Source: an uncultured delta proteobacterium
Lineage (GTDB): Bacteria; Myxococcota; UBA727; VGSZ01
Length of the DNA: 64,000 nt
Direction of reading: 5' to 3'
Assembly (NCBI GenBank): GCA_963775425.1
Contig: CAVZJB010000016.1
Coordinates: 768,001-832,000, forward strand
Shown here: positions 14,346 through 23,617 of the stretch, in pieces
How positions within the stretch are numbered: position 1 is the first letter of the stretch
How the letters are laid out: each line of letters starts with the position of its first letter
Program-made: the position numbers and the translations under genes
The notes under the pieces: model-generated
Told to the model about the DNA's origin: nothing
The model's database searches: none
Seen by the model: only the letters and a program-made list of their open reading frames with translations

Positions 14346-14375
14346 TTGACAGACGTCGTCGAGGCCCCGTAAACC
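14346..14375 (+). promoter_or_regulatory. Putative sigma70-type promoter of the fadD-like operon
   Basis: TTGACA-18 nt-TAAACC, then RBS AAGGGG before ATG 14401. Confidence 0.5.
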
Positions 14376-14400
14376 CGCGACGTCTCACAAGGGGAACGGC

Positions 14401-16203
14401 ATGGCCAAGAGCGTCTACGAGCTTTTCCAGAACACTGTCGCCACGCGGAAGGACAAGGTCGCCGCGCAGGTCAAGGCCGGCGGCGCCTGGCGCGACATCA
14501 CCTGGGGGGAGCTCGACAAGCAGGCGCGCGCCGTCGCCGCCGGCCTCGTCAAGATCGGGGTGCAGCCCAAGCAGATGGTGTCGGTCATGTCCAACACCTG
14601 CATCGAGTGGATCGCCGCCGACCTCGGCATCCTCGGCGCCGGCGCCACCACGGTGCCGGTCTACCAATCCAACACCCCCGAGGACGTCGCGTACATCCTG
14701 AACGACGCCGGCAGCGTCGCGATCATCGTCGAGGACGACGTCCAGCTCAAAAAGATGCGGAACATCAAAGCCGAGGTTCCCCAGATCAAGAAGGTCATCG
14801 CCTTCAAGGGCACCGTCGAGGGGCCCGACGAGATCTCGTGGGAGCAGTTCCTGAAGGACGGCGAGGCGTACCTCGCGGAGCACGAGGCCGAGGTCAAGAC
14901 GCGCGCCGACACGCTCACCCCCGACGACGTGCTCACGCTCATCTACACCTCGGGCACCACGGGCAAGCCCAAGGGCGCCATCATCACCCACGACAACATG
15001 CTCTACGAGAGCGACGCCACGCAGAAGATCGGCATCATCTCGCCCGACGACATCGAGTACTTCTTCCTGCCCATGGCCCACGTCTTCGCCAAGGTGCTCG
15101 AGGCCGCGTGGCTGCGCGCGGGCCACACCATGTCGTTTTGGGAGGGCGACCTGAAGAAGATCGTGGACAACCTCGGCGAGGTGCGGCCCACGGTGATGTG
15201 CGCGGTGCCGCGCATCTTCGAGAAGGTCTACGCCAAGGTCGTCAGCGACGTCGACGCCACCCCCGGCCTCGCGGGCAAGATCGCCCGGTGGGGCCTCGAG
15301 CAGGGCGCGCGCGCGGCCAAGGTGGAGCAGGCGGGCGGCAGGCCCGGCGGCCTCGGCTGGTCGCTGGCGCAGAAGCTCGTGTTCGCCAAGCTCCACCAAA
15401 AGCTCGACGCGCGCTTCGGCGGGCGCATGCGCTTCTTCATCTCCGGCGGCGCGCCGCTGTCCAAGGACATCGCGTTCTTCTTCAAGTACGCGGGCTTCAA
15501 GATCTGCGAGGGCTACGGCCTCACGGAGACGTCGGCGGCGAGCTGCGTCAACCTGCCCGACGACCTCCGCATCGGCACCGTCGGCCGGGCCATCCCCGGC
15601 ACCGAGGTGAAGATCGCGGGCGACGGCGAGATCCTCATTCGCGGCCGCGGCGTGATGAAGGGCTACCACAACAAGCCCGAGGCCACCGCCGACGCCATCG
15701 ACGGCGACGGCTGGTTCCACTCCGGCGACATCGGCGTCATCGACAAGGACGGCTTCGTCAAGATCACCGACCGCAAGAAGGACATCATCGTCACCGCGGG
15801 CGGGAAGAACGTCGCGCCGCAGAACCTCGAGAACCTGCTCAAGTCCAAGAGCCCGCTCATCTCGCAGGCGGTGGTGCACGGTGACAAGCGCAAGTTCCTC
15901 TCGGTGCTCATCACCGTCGACGAAGAGGGCGTCACCAAGTGGGCGAAGGACAAGGGGCTCGGCGGCGACTACAAGGCCGTGACGCAGTCCAAGGAGCTGA
16001 ATGCCGCCATCGGCGGCGTCGTCAAGGACGTGAATTCGTCGTTGGCGAGCTACGAGACGTTGAAGAAGTTCAAGATCCTCGACCACGACTTCATCGTGGG
16101 CGACCAGCTCACGCCGAGCCTCAAGGTGAAGCGCAAGCTGTGCAACGAGCGCTACAAGGACATCTTCGACGACTTCTACGCCGAAGCGGGAGGTGCCGGT
16201 TGA
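14401..16203 (+). CDS. fadD: Long-chain fatty acid-CoA ligase (AMP-dependent synthetase)
   Basis: YTSGTTGKPKG, EGYGLTE, GWFHSGDIG, DRKKDIIVTAGGKNVAP, LTPSLKVKR. Confidence 0.9.
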   Translation: MAKSVYELFQNTVATRKDKVAAQVKAGGAWRDITWGELDKQARAVAAGLVKIGVQPKQMVSVMSNTCIEWIAADLGILGAGATTVPVYQSNTPEDVAYILNDAGSVAIIVEDDVQLKKMRNIKAEVPQIKKVIAFKGTVEGPDEISWEQFLKDGEAYLAEHEAEVKTRADTLTPDDVLTLIYTSGTTGKPKGAIITHDNMLYESDATQKIGIISPDDIEYFFLPMAHVFAKVLEAAWLRAGHTMSFWEGDLKKIVDNLGEVRPTVMCAVPRIFEKVYAKVVSDVDATPGLAGKIARWGLEQGARAAKVEQAGGRPGGLGWSLAQKLVFAKLHQKLDARFGGRMRFFISGGAPLSKDIAFFFKYAGFKICEGYGLTETSAASCVNLPDDLRIGTVGRAIPGTEVKIAGDGEILIRGRGVMKGYHNKPEATADAIDGDGWFHSGDIGVIDKDGFVKITDRKKDIIVTAGGKNVAPQNLENLLKSKSPLISQAVVHGDKRKFLSVLITVDEEGVTKWAKDKGLGGDYKAVTQSKELNAAIGGVVKDVNSSLASYETLKKFKILDHDFIVGDQLTPSLKVKRKLCNERYKDIFDDFYAEAGGAG

Positions 16204-16214
16204 AACGTCTCCAC

Positions 16215-17537
16215 ATGGGCGGCGCCTGGGCCCTCGTGGTGGCATGCGGCGTCGTCGGCGCCTCGGGCGTACACGCGGAGAAGTCACGGCGCATGACGGC
16301 GGACGCCGTCAAGCTCAAGGGCCTCACGCTGCAAAAGACCGTCGACGCCGACCTCGACGGGGACGGCCGCAAGGAGCTCCTCGGCGTCTGCACCGGACCC
16401 AAGGGCGTGCAGGTCGTGCTCATCGGCGAAGACGACGAGGGCGCGGTGGTCACGCAGGTGATGCCGCCGGCCCTCGGCAAGACGCTCGGCAGGGTGTGGG
16501 TGAAGTCGCTGGTGCCGCCCAAAGACAGCGCGCAGCTCCTCGTCGAGGTCTACGACGAGACCCCCGACGAGAAGGTCAAGCGCATCCGCATCTACGGCGG
16601 CGACGGCGGCGGCAAGGACGTGAAGATCAAGGAGATCTTCACGGCCAAGATCGAGCGCAGCAAGAGCGTCGACGACCGGCCCGAGTGGGAGACGGACAAG
16701 GACGTCATCCAGTACGGCGACGCGCGCGCGGGCTGGGTGTTCGAGGACCTCCAGGACGACGGCGTCATGGAGATCGCGGTGCGCCGCAACAGCAGCGCGC
16801 AGATCATCCGCATCCCCAAAGAGGGCGGCGGCGCCGTCAAGCTGCTCACCGGCGTGCGCGAGCGCGTCTGGTCGTGGGACGTCGACAAGGGCCGGTACAC
16901 CGAGGGCGCCGAGCGCCTGTACGACTTCCTCCCCGCGTACACCGTGACGAGCGTGGCGGCGTCGTCGGCGTGGGTGGAGCCGCATACGCTGAAGGAGCTC
17001 AAGGCGCAGGCGCTGTCGGACGCCCTGTCGACGGCGGCGGCGACGGACGCCACCGGCAAGGGCCCCGCCAAGAAGCTCACCGACGATCCCAAGGTGGACC
17101 TCACGCCGTTCATCCAGCCCGCCGCCGACGGCAAGCTCGAGACCGCGTGGATCGAGGACGCCAAGAACGACGGCAAGGGCGAGTGGGTCGACGTCACGCT
17201 CGACGGCGTCCACCCCATCCACATGGTTCGGCTGGTGCTCGGTTGTGTGAACACCAAGCGCGACTTTCGCTCGCACAACGTGCCGGAGAGCTTCCACATC
17301 CAGCTCGACAACGGCGCCGAGCAGGAGGTCGACCGCAGGAAGCGCGGCCACTTCGACGGGGAGATTCGCGCCTTCAGCGACAACCTGGTGAAGCTCTCCG
17401 ATCGCCCGTGGGCCAAGACCACGCTGGTGTTTTTCGACGGCAAAGAGGAAGCGAAGAAGGTACGAGTCATCCTCGGGAAGGCGATCCGTCAAGGCAGGGG
17501 CAACCAGACGTGCATCTCGGAGATCAGCGTGCATTGA
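16215..17537 (+). CDS. Exported protein with FG-GAP-like motif and C-terminal discoidin/NADase-type glycan-binding domain
   Basis: Signal peptide; DLDGDGRKE; C-terminal DGKLETAWIE...GEWV...TCISEI pattern. An alternative TTG start at 16200 overlaps the fadD stop. Confidence 0.6.
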   Translation: MGGAWALVVACGVVGASGVHAEKSRRMTADAVKLKGLTLQKTVDADLDGDGRKELLGVCTGPKGVQVVLIGEDDEGAVVTQVMPPALGKTLGRVWVKSLVPPKDSAQLLVEVYDETPDEKVKRIRIYGGDGGGKDVKIKEIFTAKIERSKSVDDRPEWETDKDVIQYGDARAGWVFEDLQDDGVMEIAVRRNSSAQIIRIPKEGGGAVKLLTGVRERVWSWDVDKGRYTEGAERLYDFLPAYTVTSVAASSAWVEPHTLKELKAQALSDALSTAAATDATGKGPAKKLTDDPKVDLTPFIQPAADGKLETAWIEDAKNDGKGEWVDVTLDGVHPIHMVRLVLGCVNTKRDFRSHNVPESFHIQLDNGAEQEVDRRKRGHFDGEIRAFSDNLVKLSDRPWAKTTLVFFDGKEEAKKVRVILGKAIRQGRGNQTCISEISVH

Positions 17538-17646
17538 GCGGCCACCACCGTCGTGGCGCGGCGGCTTGCCCGCCGCGGGGGACGAGCCCCCGCGCCACGC
17601 CGGAGTTGCCCGCTGCCATCCCTGACGGGCGCGGGGCGGTCATCGG

Positions 17647-18648
17647 GTGAACGACGTCGACGTGGCCGCGCGGCGCAAGCTCGACGAGATCCTGGTCTCG
17701 CGCCAGGTGATCCTCGTGACGGGCAAGGGCGGCGTCGGCAAGTCCGTCATCACGGCGGCGCTCGCCTTGCGCGCGCGCGCGCTCGGGCTGCGCCCGCTGT
17801 TGTTCGAGTGCGACGCCCCCGCGCGCCAGAGCCTCTTGCCCAAGGGGCGCCCGGCGTCCGACGAGGTCGAAGAGGTCGCGCCGGGCATCCTCGGCATCAA
17901 CCAGAAGAGCGACGACGCCATCCGCGACTACGCCGCCGCCACGCTGCCCTCGCGCGCCGTGGCCGACCTGCTCTTCGAAAACCGCATCGCGCGCATGTTC
18001 CTGCGCGCGTCGCCGTCGGTGAGCGAGATGGCGCTCGTCGGCCGCATCGCCATCCTGGCGGAGAAGTACGGCGCCGACGGCCCCATCGTCGTCGACCTGC
18101 ACGCCACCGGCCACGCGGTCTCGCTCCTGCGCGCGCCCGGCGGCATCATGAAGGTGCTGCGCACCGGCATCCTCTACGACCGCGCCAAGAAGATCGAAGA
18201 GCTGCTGCAGGACCCGCTGCGGACGGCGTTCGTCACCGTGGCGCTCCCCGAGGAGCTGCCCGTCACCGAGCTCCTCGAGCTGCACGAGACGTTGCGCGAG
18301 CTGTCGGCGCCCGAGGGCCCGGTGATCCTCAACGGGATGTTCGACGATCCCGCGCCCGACGTCGCCGACGACCTCCTCGAGCACGTCGGCAAAGGGCCGG
18401 CGCTCGCGAGGAACGCCGTCCGCGACCTGCAGGCGTTGCGCGCGTGGGCGCGGCGGTCGACGCGCGAGCACGATCGCCTGCTGCACGCGCTCGCAGAGAC
18501 GCGCGGCGCACCCGAGATGATCACGGTCCCCTTCTTCATCGACGACGGCGCCGCCAACGACCTGGTTCAGCGCATCGCCGACCACCTCGCGCGCCACACG
18601 GCGCCCCGGCCGGCCGCCGACAGAGCCGCGGGGGGGAAGCGCCCGTGA
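17647..18648 (+). CDS. ArsA/Get3-family ATPase, subunit 1
   Basis: TGKGGVGKS deviant Walker A, VVDLHATGH, VALPEELPVTE. Confidence 0.85.
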   Translation: MNDVDVAARRKLDEILVSRQVILVTGKGGVGKSVITAALALRARALGLRPLLFECDAPARQSLLPKGRPASDEVEEVAPGILGINQKSDDAIRDYAAATLPSRAVADLLFENRIARMFLRASPSVSEMALVGRIAILAEKYGADGPIVVDLHATGHAVSLLRAPGGIMKVLRTGILYDRAKKIEELLQDPLRTAFVTVALPEELPVTELLELHETLRELSAPEGPVILNGMFDDPAPDVADDLLEHVGKGPALARNAVRDLQALRAWARRSTREHDRLLHALAETRGAPEMITVPFFIDDGAANDLVQRIADHLARHTAPRPAADRAAGGKRP

Positions 18649-19808
18649 CCACGTCGGAGGCCGCGGTCCACCACCTCGAGCGGCTGCTCTCCACGAGCCG
18701 GCTGCTCGTCGCCGTCGGCTCCGGCGGCGTCGGCAAGACCACCACCGCCGCCGCCCTCGCCATCGCGGCGGCGCGGCGCGGACGCAAGGCCGCCGTGTTG
18801 ACCATCGACCCCGCGCGACGGCTGGCGCAGGCGCTCGGCGTCGAGAAGATGGGCAACGAGCCGCGGCCCTTGGCGGCGGAGCTCGTGTCCCCCGGCTCCT
18901 GCGACGCCATGATGCTCGAGGCCCCCGAGGCCCTCGACGACCTCGTCGCCCGCCTGGTCCCGGACGAGCAGCGGCGCCAGCGGCTGTTCGAAAACCGCCT
19001 CTACCAGGTGATCGCGCGGCAGCTCGGCGGCACGCACGAGTACATGGCGGTGGAGCGGCTCTACGCGCTCATCACCGACGCCCGCTACGACATCGTGGTG
19101 CTCGACACGCCGCCCACGGTGAACGCCCTCGACTTCCTGGACGCCCCGGCCCGCATCGCCGCCTTCTTCTCGGACCGCATCACGCGCTTCTTCGTCCGCC
19201 ACAGCGAGGAGAAGAAAGGGATCATCCAGCGCATCCGCGACCGCGCCGGCGAGCTCGCGCTGAGCGTCCTCGGCAAGGCGCTCGGCGAGGGCTTCGTCGA
19301 GGAGCTCACCGACTTCGCCACCGCGTTTCAGGGCCTGTTCGCGGCGTTTCAGGAGCGCGGCCTCGCGGCGGAGAAGATCCTGCGCGACCCGCAGACCGCG
19401 TTCCTCGTCGTCAGCGGCGCCGACCCGGTGCGCGTCGCCGAGGCCGAGGAGTTCGCGCGCACCCTCACGAGCCTCGGCATCACCGCCCGCGGCTTCGTGG
19501 CCAACCGCGTTCACGGCTCGGCGAGCGTGGACGCGCAAGCGCACCTCGACGGCGGCGTGTTGAACGAGGCGTTGGTCGGCTTCCCCGGCGCGGCGTCCGT
19601 CGACAAGCTCGCCCTCGCGGAGGCGCTTCAGCGCGCCCAACGCCTGCGCGCGGCGCTCGCCCGGCGCGACCGCAAGGGGCTCGCGCGGCTCGCGGAGATC
19701 GCGGGCAAGGAGAAGCTGCTCGTGGTGCCCGAGCTCGACGACGAGGTCGGCGACCGCGGCGCCATCGAGCACCTGCTCGAAGCCATGCTCAAGCCGCGCG
19801 GACCGTAG
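18645..19808 (+). CDS. ArsA/Get3-family ATPase, subunit 2
   Basis: GTG at 18645 overlaps the previous stop; GSGGVGKTT, TIDPARRLAQALG, GTHEYMAVERL, VLDTPPT. Confidence 0.88.
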   Translation: MTTSEAAVHHLERLLSTSRLLVAVGSGGVGKTTTAAALAIAAARRGRKAAVLTIDPARRLAQALGVEKMGNEPRPLAAELVSPGSCDAMMLEAPEALDDLVARLVPDEQRRQRLFENRLYQVIARQLGGTHEYMAVERLYALITDARYDIVVLDTPPTVNALDFLDAPARIAAFFSDRITRFFVRHSEEKKGIIQRIRDRAGELALSVLGKALGEGFVEELTDFATAFQGLFAAFQERGLAAEKILRDPQTAFLVVSGADPVRVAEAEEFARTLTSLGITARGFVANRVHGSASVDAQAHLDGGVLNEALVGFPGAASVDKLALAEALQRAQRLRAALARRDRKGLARLAEIAGKEKLLVVPELDDEVGDRGAIEHLLEAMLKPRGP

Positions 19809-20965
19809 CCAGGCCGCGCCCCGCAGGCAGGCGGCGCGCGCGCCTGCGCTGCGAGAGCAACGCGAGCGACGCGAACAGCGACGCGAGGAGCGCGGCGTCG
19901 CCGAGCCTCGGCGGCCGCGACGCCGGCGGCGCGGTCACGCCGGCGAACGCGATGGGCGCCGCCAGAATCCGAGGGCGCCTTGGACGTGAAGGTGACGTCG
20001 GCGTCGAGGTCGGCGGGGGCCGCCACCGAGGACATCCGCGTGATGGTGTGCCCGTCGGGCACGAGGCCGGCGAGGACGCCGTCACCGAAGAGGTCGCCCG
20101 CCTTCGCCTTGGTCTCGACGACGAAGGCCTTGCCGCCCACCGCCGCCACGCCCTTCTTCACGGCGGCGGCGTAGTCGCTGTGCAGGAGGCCCGCGTCGAG
20201 CTGGGCGACGGTGAGCGCGGCGTAGGGGCTGTCGGGCGCGGTGCCGTCGGGGTCGTCGGTCGCGACGAAGATGGTGAACGCCATGGCGTCCGCGGCGCCG
20301 AGCGTGCTCATCTGCAGCGCGTACGCGCGGTGATCGCCGTCGAGCGTGAAGTGCACGCCGACGCGGGCGGCGCCGCTCGCGGTGTCGTTGCGCGTGAACG
20401 CGAGGAACGACAGGCCGCCGTTCACGTAGCCGTCGACGATCGCCTGGCCGCCGGCGGGGAGGACGAAGCCCTCCTGCGCGAGCCAGTCGGACACCGCGGC
20501 GCCCGTCTCCCCCGACACCCACTGCGCGCTCACCGGCCCGACGGCCACACGGTCACCGACGAGGACGCCGGTGTCTTCGGCCGCGAAGTCGCGCGAGCCG
20601 GACAGCGGGAGGCCGCAGCCGAAGCCGGGGTCGCCGCCGCCGTCGTCGCGGACGCCGACGACGGGGCGCGTGCGCGCCTCGAGCGCCGTGAGGGCCTCGT
20701 CGGACACCGGCTGCGGGTCGATGTCGGGCTCGCCGGGGACGGGCACGAGCACGCCGAAGGCGTTTCCGGCGTCGGGGACGTCGAGCGTGAGGACCACGCC
20801 CGTCTTTCCCCGGTCGACCACGAGGAGCGCCACCTGCCCGGCCTGCGCCACCGTCCCCGCCTCCGGCTGGAGCAGGCCCCCGCAGGCGCGCGCGCGGGCG
20901 GCGGGCCCGAGGACGGTGGCGGTGACGGCGACGACGGCGACGGCGGCAAAGGAGGAGGAGCGCAT
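19789..20965 (-). CDS. DUF2330-domain exported protein (one-base frameshift near 19967)
   Basis: Signal peptide ending ARACGG, FGVLVPVP, WLAQEGF, GYVNGGLSFLA; the hydrophobic/poly-Arg tail lies in the adjacent frame ending at 19789. Confidence 0.7.
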
Positions 20966-20977
20966 GGCGTCCGTTCT

Positions 20978-20993
20978 TGCACCCCGCGGGCCA
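20978..20993 (-). promoter_or_regulatory. Possible sigma54 -24/-12 promoter of the DUF2330 gene
   Basis: Minus strand TGGCCCGCGGGGTGCA (GG-N10-GC), 12 nt above ATG. Confidence 0.4.
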
Positions 20994-21037
20994 CCGGCGC
21001 GAGCCCGGGCGGGCGGGCGGGGCCGCGGCGCGAGGGC

Positions 21038-22914
21038 TCAGTTTCCCGAGGCGTGCGATCCCGGCGCCGACAAATCCTCACCGAAGCGCGCCCGGTAGCG
21101 CGCGCGCAGGTCGGCGAGCGCGGGTCGGTCGTGTGCGCGTTCGAGCACGGCGGCGAGCGCCGTCCAGGTCGCGCGGGTCTCGGGGTCGAGCGCCAGGGCG
21201 CGCTCGAGCTCGGCCACCGCGGGCTTCATCCTGCCGCGCACGGCGTGGAGGAGCCCGGTGAGCGCGTGCGCCGCGACGACCTCGTCGTCCTTGGCGAGCG
21301 CGGCCGCGCAGGCGGCCTCGGCGTCCCCGAAGCGGCGCGCGACGAAGGCGACGTCGCAGCGCGCGGCGAGCAGGCCGGCGACGGCGCCCCAGCGCGCGAT
21401 GTCGTCGTCGATGCGCTTGCGCGCCGCGGCGGAGGTGTCGCCGGCGGCGCGCTCGACGGCGAGCACCTCCCGGGCGACGGCGGGCTCGTCGGCGGGCGCC
21501 ACCGCGCCGCGCGGCAGACCGGCGCGGCGCCGGCGAGGCGCACCCGCTCGCGCTCGTCGTCGCCCGCCGCGCCTGTGAGCGCGAGCGCGTCCTCGGCGAG
21601 GGTGAGGCGCCCGCGCACCCGCGCGACGGAGGCGACGTCGAGGAGCCCGTCGACGTCATGACCGGCAGGCGCCGGCCGCGCCGTGAGGACGGCGACGCGC
21701 GCGGCGGCGGTGTCGAACGCCTGCGCCTCCTCCGCGCCGTCTCCGCTGCGCACGGCGAAGCGCGCGGCGGCGGCGGCGGCGGCGAGGTCGTCGGGGCGGG
21801 CGGCGAGCGCGCGATCGCAGCGGGCCTTGCCGTCGAGCATGAAGACGCCGTCGCGGGAGGCGAGCGCGCACGCGAAGCGCAGCACGCGAGGGTCGGCGCC
21901 GTCCTCGTCGGCGAGCGGCCGGAGGGTGCGCCACGCGCCGGCGACGTCGCCGCTGCGGGCGGCGGCGACGGCCTCGTTGAACGCGCGCGCGGCGTCGGGG
22001 GCGAGGACGAGCACATCGGCGGGCGCCTGCCGCGCCTCGAAGACCTGGACGGCCTCGTCGACGCCGGCGGCATCGAGGCGATCGCGCCGCATCTTCACCT
22101 GCTCCTCGAGCTCCTTGGCGAGCGCGACGCGGGCGCCGTCGTCCGTGGCGCGCAGCCAGGCGAGGCCGCGCTCGAGGAGCGCGAGCGCGTCTTCGTCGAG
22201 GCGGTTCTGGTCGATGGAGTACGACGGGAACAGCACCACCTCGGGGTCGGTGACGTGGACGCCGCCGAGGTCGTGCGCGATCTCGTGCAAGAGGACGATG
22301 GCCGCCTTGTGACGCCGGCGGCGCGCGAGGAGCCCGGCCACCTCGTCGTCCGGCATGCGGTTGAGCGCGTCGGCGATGGCGCGCGCCTCGGCCGCGTCGT
22401 CGAGGGCGCGGACCACGGCGTAGCGCCCGAGGACGTCGGCGTAGCCGAGGCGGTGGAGGGCGTTGGTGACGACGGGGGCGGCGCCGATGAAGCCGACGAC
22501 GAGGTCGACACCGGCGGCGTCGTCGAGCCCGCGGAGCGCCTCGAGCGCGGCGGGGAGCTCCTCGCCGGCCGGGTCGCGCCCGGGCGGGAACGGCCGGATC
22601 TGGGCGAGCTCGAGCGACGCGCCGAGCTGCGCCTCGAGGATGGCGGAGGCGTCGTCGACGGTCTGGCGCAGCCGCGCGTCGGGGTCGCGGGTCGCCGAGC
22701 GGTACGCGTCGTCGACGTACGCGCGGATGCGGATGACGCCCCGGCGGGCGAGGGCCGCGGGGCGCGCCGGCGGCGCGAGGGACTCCGGCTCGAGGACGCG
22801 CGCGAACTCCCGCTGCTGGTCGACCGGCGACGCCGGCGTCGAGGCGCAGCCCGCCGCGAGGATCGCGAGCGCGACGCTCGCGGGCCTCCGTGCTCGGCGT
22901 CGTTCGCTCCCCAT
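21038..22914 (-). CDS. Metzincin (matrixin/M12-like) zinc metalloprotease lipoprotein with C-terminal TPRs (one-base frameshift near 21532)
   Basis: Lipobox LAAGC; HEIAHDLGGVH zinc motif; the TPR tail (ELERALALDP) continues in ORF 21038..21502. Confidence 0.78.
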
Positions 22915-22933
22915 TCCACCCCCTCGCCCCACC

Positions 22934-22962
22934 TTGACAGCCCACGCGGCACCGGACACGCT
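22934..22962 (+). promoter_or_regulatory. Putative promoter of tRNA-Ala
   Basis: TTGACA-17 nt-CACGCT, 14 nt before the tRNA. Confidence 0.5.
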
Positions 22963-22976
22963 GCCGTCGACCACGT

Positions 22977-23052
22977 GGGGTCGTAGCTCAGCTGGGAGAG
23001 CGCTAGAATCGCACTCTAGAGGTCACGGGTTCGATCCCCGTCGGCTCCACCA
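22977..23052 (+). tRNA. tRNA-Ala (anticodon CGC)
   Basis: 76-nt cloverleaf: acceptor GGGGTCG/CGGCTCC with G3:U70, anticodon arm CTAGA-ATCGCAC-TCTAG, T-loop TTCGATC, encoded CCA. Confidence 0.97.
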
Positions 23053-23345
23053 ACGTTGATAGCCCGCCGGAGACGGCGGGCTTTCTTGTAAGCCAAAGCG
23101 CCGGCGGGCTTGCTCGCAGGCAAGTGCCAGAAATCCTGGCGCAAGATGCGGAGCAGCGGCTTCGATCCCTATCGCGCGCGGTTCGATCCCCGTCGGCTCC
23201 ACCAACGTTGATAGCCCGCCGGAGACGGCGGGCTTTCTTGTAAGCCAAAGCGCCGGCGGGCTTGCTCGCAGGCAAGTGCCAGAAATCCTGGCGCAAGATG
23301 CGGAGCAGCGGCTTCGATCCCTATCGCGCGCGGTTCGATCCCCGT
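23028..23345 (+). repeat. tRNA-linked tandem repeat: 2 x 152 bp plus a 14-bp third start
   Basis: GGTTCGATCCCCGT at 23028, 23180 and 23332; each full unit carries the tRNA 3' end with CCA and the terminator. Confidence 0.95.
23061..23087 (+). terminator. Intrinsic terminator after tRNA-Ala (second copy at 23213..23239)
   Basis: AGCCCGCCG-GAGA-CGGCGGGCT followed by TTCTT. Confidence 0.85.
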
Positions 23346-23391
23346 GCGACGACGGGCGGGAACGCGCATCCAAGCGCCCAGAGGTGACGCC

Positions 23392-23607
23392 ATGGGCTAT
23401 TCGATGATCCCCCTGCTCATGCACAGCGATTCGATTTCCGCCGAAGCCCGCGACGCCGCGCGCGCCGTCTGTGACGCCCCCGCCACGGGGCGCACCGACA
23501 AGCGCATGGAGGCCGCGCGCGTGCTCTTCGAGGAGCTGCGCGGTGAGGGCCTCGACTGCGGCGAGGTGCTCGACCTCGTCGGGCTCCCCCGGGGCGCCTG
23601 CCCGTAG
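23392..23607 (+). CDS. Small hypothetical protein (71 aa)
   Basis: RBS GAGGTG then ATG; helical, protein-like composition (MGYSMIPLLMHS...LDCGEVLDLVGLP). Confidence 0.6.
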   Translation: MGYSMIPLLMHSDSISAEARDAARAVCDAPATGRTDKRMEAARVLFEELRGEGLDCGEVLDLVGLPRGACP

Positions 23608-23617
23608 CCGTGGAGCG

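Noticed and set aside
17647-19808. Arsenic resistance operon
   Set aside because: No arsB/acr3, arsC or arsR nearby, and no evident metalloid-binding Cys set in the ATPases.
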